NCBI RefSeq assembly: GCF_009914755.1
Contig: NC_060948.1
Length of the DNA stretch: 64,000 bases
Source: the human T2T-CHM13v2.0 reference genome, Homo sapiens
Reading direction: 5' to 3' (one strand)
Made by a program: the position numbers and the translations under genes. Of this stretch, positions 1 through 11,721 are shown piece after piece. The notes under the pieces are model-generated. The model was not told the origin of the DNA, did not search any database, and worked only from the letters and a program-made list of their open reading frames with translations. Every line of letters starts with the position of its first letter. Position 1 is the stretch's first letter.

Positions 1-288
1 TGAAATGGACCCGAGTGGAATGGACTCACATAGAACAGCCTTGAATGTAATGGATGACAATGTATTAGATTCGAAAGGACTGAAATCGAATGGAATGTAA
101 TCAAATAGAACGGAATTGAATGCATGGAATGGCATAGAAAGTAATGCAATGGAATGGAATAGACTGGAATGGAATGGAATCGGATGGAATGTAATGAAAT
201 GTAATGGAAGGAATGCCATGGAATGGAATGGAATGGAATGCAATGGGCCGGTGTATAATGGAGTGCAATGGAATTCAGTGGAATGTAG
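1..288 (+). repeat. Partial higher-order unit (3' end of preceding copy)
   Basis: Matches 3812-4099. The unit phase is arbitrary, set at the anchor at 289. Confidence 0.9.
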
Positions 289-1420
289 TCAATAGGAATG
301 AAATAGAATGGAATTCAATATAAGGGAATGGCATCCAATGGCAAGGAATGGAGTGGACTCCAATGGAAACAACATGAAAGGAATATAATATAATGGAATG
401 GCATTGAACGAAATGGAAAGCAATGGAGTTAAAAGGTAAGATATCGAATGGAAAAGAATTGAATGGACTCGAATGGAATATAACGGAATGGAATGGACTC
501 GAATGGAATGTACTAGAGTTGAATGGAATCGAATGGAATGGAAAACAGTGGAAAGGAAAGGAAGGGAATTGAAAGGAAAGGAATAGAATGGAATGGAATC
601 GGATAGAATGGAATTGAATGGAATGGAAACTAAAGGAATAGAATAGAAAGGAATGGCATTGAATGGAATGGAATGGAATGGAATCAGATGGAACAGAAAG
701 GAATGGAATAGAATCGAATGGTATGGCATCGAATGGATTGGAATGGAAAGGAATGGAATGAACTCGAATGGAATGTACTCAAATGGAATAGAATAGAATG
801 GAATGGAAGTAAATATAATGGACTCGAATGGAATGGATTGGAATAAATTGGAATTGAATGTATTGGATTCGATTGGAAAGGAATGGAATGGAATGGAATG
901 GATTCGAATGGAATGGAATCGAATGGAATGGAACGAATTGGAATGTAATTGAATGGCGTCGAAAACAGTAGAAAGAAATGAAGTTTAATCGAATGATATC
1001 GAATGGAATTGAATGGAATGTACGCGAATGGAATGGACTGGAATGGAATGGACTCTATGGGAATGAAGAGGAGTGGAGTGGACTCGAATGTCATGGAGAC
1101 GATTGGAATGGAAAGGAATGCAAAGGAATGGAATGGAATGGAATCTGATGCATCGCAATGGAATGGAATGGGGTCGAATGGAATAGAATCGAAAGGAATG
1201 GCATCCAATGGAATGGAAACGAATTGAATGGAATGGCATGGAATGGAATGGAAAGGAATATAATGGAAAGGAATCGGATGGAACGGAATGGAATGGAATG
1301 GAGTCGAATGGAATAGAATCTAATAGAATTGCATTGATAGGAATGGAATCGAACAGACTCGAAAGGATTGGAGCCTAACAGAAGAGAATCGAACAGAATA
1401 GCATCAAATGGAATGGAAAT

Positions 1421-1465
1421 GAATGGAATGGAATGGAATGGAATGGAATGGAATGGAATGGAATG
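1421..1465 (+). repeat. Pure (GAATG)9 tract A (one per unit, 5-11 copies)
   Basis: Perfect run between GGAAAT and GACACACATG. Confidence 0.9.
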
Positions 1466-2184
1466 GACACACATGTAATGGACTTGAATGGAATGGAATC
1501 AAATAGAATGGACGCGAATGGAATGGTCTCGAATGGAATTTATGAAAATAGAATGGAATCGAAATTCATTGAACATTATGGAATGGAATCAAATGGAATG
1601 AAATCGAATGGAAGGAACCGGAATGGAATGTACTGGAATAGAACGGACTCGAATGTTACGGAAAGAAAAGTAAGTGATTCGGATGTCTTTTAATTGAATG
1701 GAATGAAATCAAATGGAATGGAAAGGAATAAAATGGAATGGAATGAAATAGAATGCAATAGAATGGAAGGGAGTGGAGTCGAGTTGAATGGAATCGAATT
1801 GAATGGAATAGAATGGAATAGAATCAAATGGAATGGATTCGAATGCAATGGAACCGAATGGAATGGACTGGAACATAATGGAATCGAAAGGAATGGAAAG
1901 GAATTGAATGCAATGGAAAGCAATGGAATCGAATGTAATGGAGTCGTATGTAGTGGAGTCGAATGGAATGGAATCAAATGGAAGGAAAAGAATACAATCG
2001 AATGGAATAGAATAGAATACAACAGAATGAAACGGAGTGGAATCGAGTGGGATGGAATAGAATTCAATGGAATGGAAAGGAATGGAATCGAATGGAATGG
2101 AATCGAATGGAATGGAACCGAACAAAATGGAATTGAACAGATTAGAATCGAATGGATCCGAATCGAATGGAATGGAGTATAAGG

Positions 2185-2204
2185 GAATGGAATGGAATGG
2201 AATG
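2185..2204 (+). repeat. Pure (GAATG)4 tract C (4 copies in U1-U13, 7 in U14, 9 in U16 and U17)
   Basis: Run between TATAAGG and GACCCAAA. Confidence 0.85.
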
Positions 2205-3423
2205 GACCCAAATGTCATGAACTCTAATGAAATGGACTTTAATAGAATGGATTAGAAAACAATGGGCTCGAATGGAATTTAATCAAGTCGAATTTAATGG
2301 AATGGAATGGAATGCAAAACTATGGAATAGCATCAAATGGAATGGAACAGAATAGAGTGGAATGGAATGGAATACACAGGTATAGAACAGACTCGAATGT
2401 AATGGATTGCAATGTAAGTGATTCAAAGGGAATGGAATCAAATGGAATATAATCAAATGGAATGGAATGGAGTGCATTGGAATGGAATAAAATGGAATGC
2501 AAACAATGGTACAGAACTCATTTGAATGTAGAGGAATGGAATCGAATGCAATGGAAAAGAATGGAATGGACACGAATGGAATGGATTGGAAACAAATGGA
2601 ATGGAAAGGATTTTAATCATACAGAACAAAATAGAATGCAATGGACTCGAATGAAATGGAGTCGAAGAGAATAGTATCAAATGGAAAGGAATGGAATGCA
2701 ATCGAATCGAATGGAATGTTAATGAAATTAATTGAAAGGAATAGAATGGAATGAAGTGTAACGGAAAGATATCGAATTGAATGGAATTGAATGGAATGGA
2801 CACAAACGGAATGGACTGGAATGGAATGAACTGGAAAGGAATGGAATGGAGCGGAACGGACTCGAGTGCAATGGAATCGAATGGTATAGAATAGAATGGA
2901 ATGGAATGGAAAGGAATAGAAGGGAATGGAATCGGATCCAACGGGACAGATTGGAATGGGGTAGAATTGAATAGAATCGAATGGAATGGCATCGAATGTA
3001 ATGGAATGGAATGGACTCGAATGGAATGGAGTGACATGTAATGGAATCGAAAGGAATGGAATCGAATGAAATGGAATTGAATGGAATAGAAAGGAATAGA
3101 ATGGAATGGAGTTTAATGGAAAGATATTAAAAGTAATGGAATGGAATTGAGTGGACACGAATGGAATGGACTGGAATGGAAAGGACTCGAATGAAATGGA
3201 GCGCATTAGAATGGACTCGAATGGAATGGATTGGAGTGGAATGGTCTCGAATGGATTGGAAACGAATGGAATGGAAAGGAGTAGAATGGAATGTAATCAA
3301 ATGGAACGAAATGGAATGGAATGGATTCGACTGGAACAGAATTGAATGGAGTGGAATTGATTGGAATGGAATGCAATCGAATGGAATGAACACGAATGGA
3401 ATAGAATGAAATGAAATGGCATA

Positions 3424-3478
3424 GAATGGAATGGAATGGAATGGAATGGAATGGAATGGAATGGAATGGAATGGAATG
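3424..3478 (+). repeat. Pure (GAATG)11 tract B (one per unit, about 9-14 copies)
   Basis: Perfect run between GGCATA and GCATG. Confidence 0.9.
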
Positions 3479-4099
3479 GCATGGCATGGAACGTGATGGA
3501 ATGGAATGAAATTGATTGGAATGGGATGGGCCCAAAAGTAAAGGACTCAAATAAAAGGGACTCAAATAGAATGAATTGGAAAGAAACGGTCTCGAATGTA
3601 ATTCATTCGAATGGAATGATATTGAATGGAATGCAATAGTATGGAATGGTATCGAATAGAATGGAATAGAATGGAATGGAATGGAACGGAATGGAGTGCA
3701 TTTGAACGGACTCAAATGCAATAAATTGCAATATAATTGATTCAAATGGAATGGAATCGAATAGAATGTAAACAAACGGAATGGAAGGCAATGCAATGGA
3801 AAGGAATCGAATGAAATGGACCCGAGTGGAATGGACTCACATAGAACAGCCTTGAATGTAATGGATGACAATGTATTAGATTCGAAAGGACTGAAATCGA
3901 ATGGAATGTAATCAAATAGAACGGAATTGAATGCATGGAATGGCATAGAAAGTAATGCAATGGAATGGAATAGACTGGAATGGAATGGAATCGGATGGAA
4001 TGTAATGAAATGTAATGGAAGGAATGCCATGGAATGGAATGGAATGGAATGCAATGGGCCGGTGTATAATGGAGTGCAATGGAATTCAGTGGAATGTAG

Positions 4100-7000
4100 T
4101 CAATAGGAATGAAATAGAATGGAATTCAATATAAGGGAATGGCATCCAATGGCAAGGAATGGAGTGGACTCCAATGGAAACAACATGAAAGGAATATAAT
4201 ATAATGGAATGGCATTGAACGAAATGGAAAGCAATGGAGTTAAAAGGTAAGATATCGAATGGAAAAGAATTGAATGGACTCGAATGGAATATAACGGAAT
4301 GGAATGGACTCGAATGGAATGTACTAGAGTTGAATGGAATCGAATGGAATGGAAAACAGTGGAAAGGAAAGGAAGGGAATTGAAAGGAAAGGAATAGAAT
4401 GGAATGGAATCGGATAGAATGGAATTGAATGGAATGGAAACTAAAGGAATAGAATAGAAAGGAATGGCATTGAATGGAATGGAATGGAATGGAATCAGAT
4501 GGAACAGAAAGGAATGGAATAGAATCGAATGGTATGGCATCGAATGGATTGGAATGGAAAGGAATGGAATGAACTCGAATGGAATGTACTCAAATGGAAT
4601 AGAATAGAATGGAATGGAAGTAAATATAATGGACTCGAATGGAATGGATTGGAATAAATTGGAATTGAATGTATTGGATTCGATTGGAAAGGAATGGAAT
4701 GGAATGGAATGGATTCGAATGGAATGGAATCGAATGGAATGGAACGAATTGGAATGTAATTGAATGGCGTCGAAAACAGTAGAAAGAAATGAAGTTTAAT
4801 CGAATGATATCGAATGGAATTGAATGGAATGTACGCGAATGGAATGGACTGGAATGGAATGGACTCTATGGGAATGAAGAGGAGTGGAGTGGACTCGAAT
4901 GTCATGGAGACGATTGGAATGGAAAGGAATGCAAAGGAATGGAATGGAATGGAATCTGATGCATCGCAATGGAATGGAATGGGGTCGAATGGAATAGAAT
5001 CGAAAGGAATGGCATCCAATGGAATGGAAACGAATTGAATGGAATGGCATGGAATGGAATGGAAAGGAATATAATGGAAAGGAATCGGATGGAACGGAAT
5101 GGAATGGAATGGAGTCGAATGGAATAGAATCTAATAGAATTGCATTGATAGGAATGGAATCGAACGGACTCGAAAGGATTGGAGCCTAACAGAAGAGAAT
5201 CGAACAGAATAGCATCAAATGGAATGGAAATGAATGGAATGGAATGGAATGGAATGGAATGGAATGGAATGGAATGGACACACATGTAATGGACTTGAAT
5301 GGAATGGAATCAAATAGAATGGACGCGAATGGAATGGTCTCGAATGGAATTTATGAAAATAGAATGGAATCGAAATTCATTGAACATTATGGAATGGAAT
5401 CAAATGGAATGAAATCGAATGGAAGGAACCGGAATGGAATGTACTGGAATAGAACGGACTCGAATGTTACGGAAAGAAAAGTAAGTGATTCGGATGTCTT
5501 TTAATTGAATGGAATGAAATCAAATGGAATGGAAAGGAATAAAATGGAATGGAATGAAATAGAATGCAATAGAATGGAAGGGAGTGGAGTCGAGTTGAAT
5601 GGAATCGAATTGAATGGAATAGAATGGAATAGAATCAAATGGAATGGATTCGAATGCAATGGAACCGAATGGAATGGACTGGAACATAATGGAATCGAAA
5701 GGAATGGAAAGGAATTGAATGCAATGGAAAGCAATGGAATCGAATGTAATGGAGTCGTATGTAGTGGAGTCGAATGGAATGGAATCAAATGGAAGGAAAA
5801 GAATAAAATCGAATGGAATAGAATAGAATACAACAGAATGAAACGGAGTGGAATCGAGTGGGATGGAATAGAATTCAATGGAATGGAAAGGAATGGAATC
5901 GAATGGAATGGAATCGAATGGAATGGAACCGAACAAAATGGAATTGAACAGATTAGAATCGAATGGATCCGAATCGAATGGAATGGAATATAAGGGAATG
6001 GAATGGAATGGAATGGACCCAAATGTAATGAACTCTAATGAAATGGACTTTAATAGAATGGATTAGAAAACAATGGGCTCGAATGGAATTTAATCAAGTC
6101 GAATTTAATGGAATGGAATGGAATGCAAAACTATGGAATAGCATCAAATGGAATGGAACAGAATAGAGTGGAATGGAATGGAATACACAGGTATAGAACA
6201 GACTCGAATGTAATGGATTGCAATGTAAGTGATTCAAAGGGAATGGAATCAAATGGAATATAATCAAATGGAATGGAATGGAGTGCATTGGAATGGAATA
6301 AAATGGAATGCAAACAATGGTACAGAACTCATTTGAATGTAGAGGAATGGAATCGAATGCAATGGAAAAGAATGGAATGGACACGAATGGAATGGATTGG
6401 AAACAAATGGAATGGAAAGGATTTTAATCATACAGAACAAAATAGAATGCAATGGACTCGAATGAAATGGAGTCGAAGAGAATAGTATCAAATGGAAAGG
6501 AATGGAATGCAATCGAATCGAATGGAATGTTAATGAAATTAATTGAAAGGAATAGAATGGAATGAAGTGTAACGGAAAGATATCGAATTGAATGGAATTG
6601 AATGGAATGGACACAAACGGAATGGACTGGAATGGAATGAACTCGAAAGGAATGGAATGGAGCGGAACGGACTCGAGTGCAATGGAATCGAATGGTATAG
6701 AATAGAATGGAATGGAATGGAAAGGAATAGAAGGGAATGGAATCGGATCCAACGGGACAGATTGGAATGGGGTAGAATTGAATAGAATCGAATGGAATGG
6801 CATCGAATGTAATGGAATGGAATGGACTCGAATGGAATGGAGTGACATGTAATGGAATCGAAAGGAATGGAATCGAATGAAATGGAATTGAATGGAATAG
6901 AAAGGAATAGAATGGAATGGAGTTTAATGGAAAGATATTAAAAGTAATGGAATGGAATTGAGTGGACACGAATGGAATGGACTGGAATGGAAAGGACTCG

Positions 7001-7910
7001 AATGAAATGGAGCGCATTAGAATGGACTCGAATGGAATGGATTGGAGTGGAATGGTCTCGAATGGATTGGAAACGAATGGAATGGAAAGGAGTAGAATGG
7101 AATGTAATCAAATGGAACGAAATGGAATGGAATGGATTCGACTGGAACAGAATTGAATGGAGTGGAATTGATTGGAATGGAATGCAATCGAATGGAATGA
7201 ACACGAATGGAATAGAATGAAATGAAATGGCATAGAATGGAATGGAATGGAATGGAATGGAATGGAATGGAATGGAATGGAATGGAATGGAATGGCATGG
7301 AACGTGATGGAATGGAATGAAATTGATTGGAATGGGATGGGCCCAAAAGTAAAGGACTCAAATAAAAGGGACTCAAATAGAATGAATTGGAAAGAAACGG
7401 TCTCGAATGTAATTCATTCGAATGGAATGATATTGAATGGAATGCAATAGTATGGAATGGTATCGAATAGAATGGAATAGAATGGAATGGAATGGAACGG
7501 AATGGAGTGCATTTGAACGGACTCAAATGCAATAAATTGCAATATAATTGATTCAAATGGAATGGAATCGAATAGAATGTAAACAAACGGAATGGAAGGC
7601 AATGCAATGGAAAGGAATCGAATGAAATGGACCCGAGTGGAATGGACTCACATAGAACAGCCTTGAATGTAATGGATGACAATGTATTAGATTCGAAAGG
7701 ACTGAAATCGAATGGAATGTAATCAAATAGAACGGAATTGAATGCATGGAATGGCATAGAAAGTAATGCAATGGAATGGAATAGACTGGAATGGAATGGA
7801 ATCGGATGGAATGTAATGAAATGTAATGGAAGGAATGCCATGGAATGGAATGGAATGGAATGCAATGGGCCGGTGTATAATGGAGTGCAATGGAATTCAG
7901 TGGAATGTAG
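4100..7910 (+). repeat. Higher-order unit U2, 3811 bp
   Basis: Anchor spacing. Single GCATG after tract B. Confidence 0.92.
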
Positions 7911-10900
7911 TCAATAGGAATGAAATAGAATGGAATTCAATATAAGGGAATGGCATCCAATGGCAAGGAATGGAGTGGACTCCAATGGAAACAACATGAA
8001 AGGAATATAATATAATGGAATGGCATTGAACGAAATGGAAAGCAATGGAGTTAAAAGGTAAGATATCGAATGGAAAAGAATTGAATGGACTCGAATGGAA
8101 TATAACGGAATGGAATGGACTCGAATGGAATGTACTAGAGTTGAATGGAATCGAATGGAATGGAAAACAGTGGAAAGGAAAGGAAGGGAATTGAAAGGAA
8201 AGGAATAGAATGGAATGGAATCGGATAGAATGGAATTGAATGGAATGGAAACTAAAGGAATAGAATAGAAAGGAATGGCATTGAATGGAATGGAATGGAA
8301 TGGAATCAGATGGAACAGAAAGGAATGGAATAGAATCGAATGGTATGGCATCGAATGGATTGGAATGGAAAGGAATGGAATGAACTCGAATGGAATGTAC
8401 TCAAATGGAATAGAATAGAATGGAATGGAAGTAAATATAATGGACTCGAATGGAATGGATTGGAATAAATTGGAATTGAATGTATTGGATTCGATTGGAA
8501 AGGAATGGAATGGAATGGAATGGATTCGAATGGAATGGAATCGAATGGAATGGAACGAATTGGAATGTAATTGAATGGCGTCGAAAACAGTAGAAAGAAA
8601 TGAAGTTTAATCGAATGATATCGAATGGAATTGAATGGAATGTACGCGAATGGAATGGACTGGAATGGAATGGACTCTATGGGAATGAAGAGGAGTGGAG
8701 TGGACTCGAATGTCATGGAGACGATTGGAATGGAAAGGAATGCAAAGGAATGGAATGGAATGGAATCTGATGCATCGCAATGGAATGGAATGGGGTCGAA
8801 TGGAATAGAATCGAAAGGAATGGCATCCAATGGAATGGAAACGAATTGAATGGAATGGCATGGAATGGAATGGAAAGGAATATAATGGAAAGGAATCGGA
8901 TGGAACGGAATGGAATGGAATGGAGTCGAATGGAATAGAATCTAATAGAATTGCATTGATAGGAATGGAATCGAACGGACTCGAAAGGATTGGAGCCTAA
9001 CAGAAGAGAATCGAACAGAATAGCATCAAATGGAATGGAAATGAATGGAATGGAATGGAATGGAATGGAATGGAATGGAATGGAATGGACACACATGTAA
9101 TGGACTTGAATGGAATGGAATCAAATAGAATGGACGCGAATGGAATGGTCTCGAATGGAATTTATGAAAATAGAATGGAATCGAAATTCATTGAACATTA
9201 TGGAATGGAATCAAATGGAATGAAATCGAATGGAAGGAACCGGAATGGAATGTACTGGAATAGAACGGACTCGAATGTTACGGAAAGAAAAGTAAGTGAT
9301 TCGGATGTCTTTTAATTGAATGGAATGAAATCAAATGGAATGGAAAGGAATAAAATGGAATGGAATGAAATAGAATGCAATAGAATGGAAGGGAGTGGAG
9401 TCGAGTTGAATGGAATCGAATTGAATGGAATAGAATGGAATAGAATCAAATGGAATGGATTCGAATGCAATGGAACCGAATGGAATGGACTGGAACATAA
9501 TGGAATCGAAAGGAATGGAAAGGAATTGAATGCAATGGAAAGCAATGGAATCGAATGTAATGGAGTCGTATGTAGTGGAGTCGAATGGAATGGAATCAAA
9601 TGGAAGGAAAAGAATACAATCGAATGGAATAGAATAGAATACAACAGAATGAAACGGAGTGGAATCGAGTGGGATGGAATAGAATTCAATGGAATGGAAA
9701 GGAATGGAATCGAATGGAATGGAATCGAATGGAATGGAACCGAACAAAATGGAATTGAACAGATTAGAATCGAATGGATCCGAATCGAATGGAATGGAAT
9801 ATAAGGGAATGGAATGGAATGGAATGGACCCAAATGTCATGAACTCTAATGAAATGGACTTTAATAGAATGGATTAGAAAACAATGGGCTCGAATGGAAT
9901 TTAATCAAGTCGAATTTAATGGAATGGAATGGAATGCAAAACTATGGAATAGCATCAAATGGAATGGAACAGAATAGAGTGGAATGGAATGGAATACACA
10001 GGTATAGAACAGACTCGAATGTAATGGATTGCAATGTAAGTGATTCAAAGGGAATGGAATCAAATGGAATATAATCAAATGGAATGGAATGGAGTGCATT
10101 GGAATGGAATAAAATGGAATGCAAACAATGGTACAGAACTCATTTGAATGTAGAGGAATGGAATCGAATGCAATGGAAAAGAATGGAATGGACACGAATG
10201 GAATGGATTGGAAACAAATGGAATGGAAAGGATTTTAATCATACAGAACAAAATAGAATGCAATGGACTCGAATGAAATGGAGTCGAAGAGAATAGTATC
10301 AAATGGAAAGGAATGGAATGCAATCGAATCGAATGGAATGTTAATGAAATTAATTGAAAGGAATAGAATGGAATGAAGTGTAACGGAAAGATATCGAATT
10401 GAATGGAATTGAATGGAATGGACACAAACGGAATGGACTGGAATGGAATGAACTCGAAAGGAATGGAATGGAGCGGAACGGACTCGAGTGCAATGGAATC
10501 GAATGGTATAGAATAGAATGGAATGGAATGGAAAGGAATAGAAGGGAATGGAATCGGATCCAACGGGACAGATTGGAATGGGGTAGAATTGAATAGAATC
10601 GAATGGAATGGCATCGAATGTAATGGAATGGAATGGACTCGAATGGAATGGAGTGACATGTAATGGAATCGAAAGGAATGGAATCGAATGAAATGGAATT
10701 GAATGGAATAGAAAGGAATAGAATGGAATGGAGTTTAATGGAAAGATATTAAAAGTAATGGAATGGAATTGAGTGGACACGAATGGAATGGACTGGAATG
10801 GAAAGGACTCGAATGAAATGGAGCGCATTAGAATGGACTCGAATGGAATGGATTGGAGTGGAATGGTCTCGAATGGATTGGAAACGAATGGAATGGAAAG

Positions 10901-11721
10901 GAGTAGAATGGAATGTAATCAAATGGAACGAAATGGAATGGAATGGATTCGACTGGAACAGAATTGAATGGAGTGGAATTGATTGGAATGGAATGCAATC
11001 GAATGGAATGAACACGAATGGAATAGAATGAAATGAAATGGCATAGAATGGAATGGAATGGAATGGAATGGAATGGAATGGAATGGAATGGAATGGAATG
11101 GCATGGCATGGAACGTGATGGAATGGAATGAAATTGATTGGAATGGGATGGGCCCAAAAGTAAAGGACTCAAATAAAAGGGACTCAAATAGAATGAATTG
11201 GAAAGAAACGGTCTCGAATGTAATTCATTCGAATGGAATGATATTGAATGGAATGCAATAGTATGGAATGGTATCGAATAGAATGGAATAGAATGGAATG
11301 GAATGGAACGGAATGGAGTGCATTTGAACGGACTCAAATGCAATAAATTGCAATATAATTGATTCAAATGGAATGGAATCGAATAGAATGTAAACAAACG
11401 GAATGGAAGGCAATGCAATGGAAAGGAATCGAATGAAATGGACCCGAGTGGAATGGACTCACATAGAACAGCCTTGAATGTAATGGATGACAATGTATTA
11501 GATTCGAAAGGACTGAAATCGAATGGAATGTAATCAAATAGAACGGAATTGAATGCATGGAATGGCATAGAAAGTAATGCAATGGAATGGAATAGACTGG
11601 AATGGAATGGAATCGGATGGAATGTAATGAAATGTAATGGAAGGAATGCCATGGAATGGAATGGAATGGAATGCAATGGGCCGGTGTATAATGGAGTGCA
11701 ATGGAATTCAGTGGAATGTAG
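7911..11721 (+). repeat. Higher-order unit U3, 3811 bp
   Basis: Anchor spacing. Confidence 0.92.

Larger units (their letters stand above)
289..4099 (+). repeat. Higher-order unit U1, 3811 bp (reference copy)
   Basis: Anchor spacing 289 to 4100. Tract A 9 and tract B 11 GAATG copies. Confidence 0.92.

Noticed and set aside
253-335. TATAAT / TATAAG motifs as promoters
   Set aside because: They are explained as decayed GAATA-TAATG pentamers, with no supporting promoter context.
1655-1695. Non-pentamer-looking patch (AAAGTAAGTGATTCGGATGTCTTTTAATTG) as an insertion or splice donor
   Set aside because: It stays in pentamer register and aligns with the TAA(G/T)TGATTC landmark of the 250-bp module. 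GTAAGT alone is not evidence of splicing.
289-4099. Assignment to canonical human DYZ1
   Set aside because: The period is ~3811 bp rather than ~3.56 kb and I cannot align it here. Relatedness is possible but unsupported.
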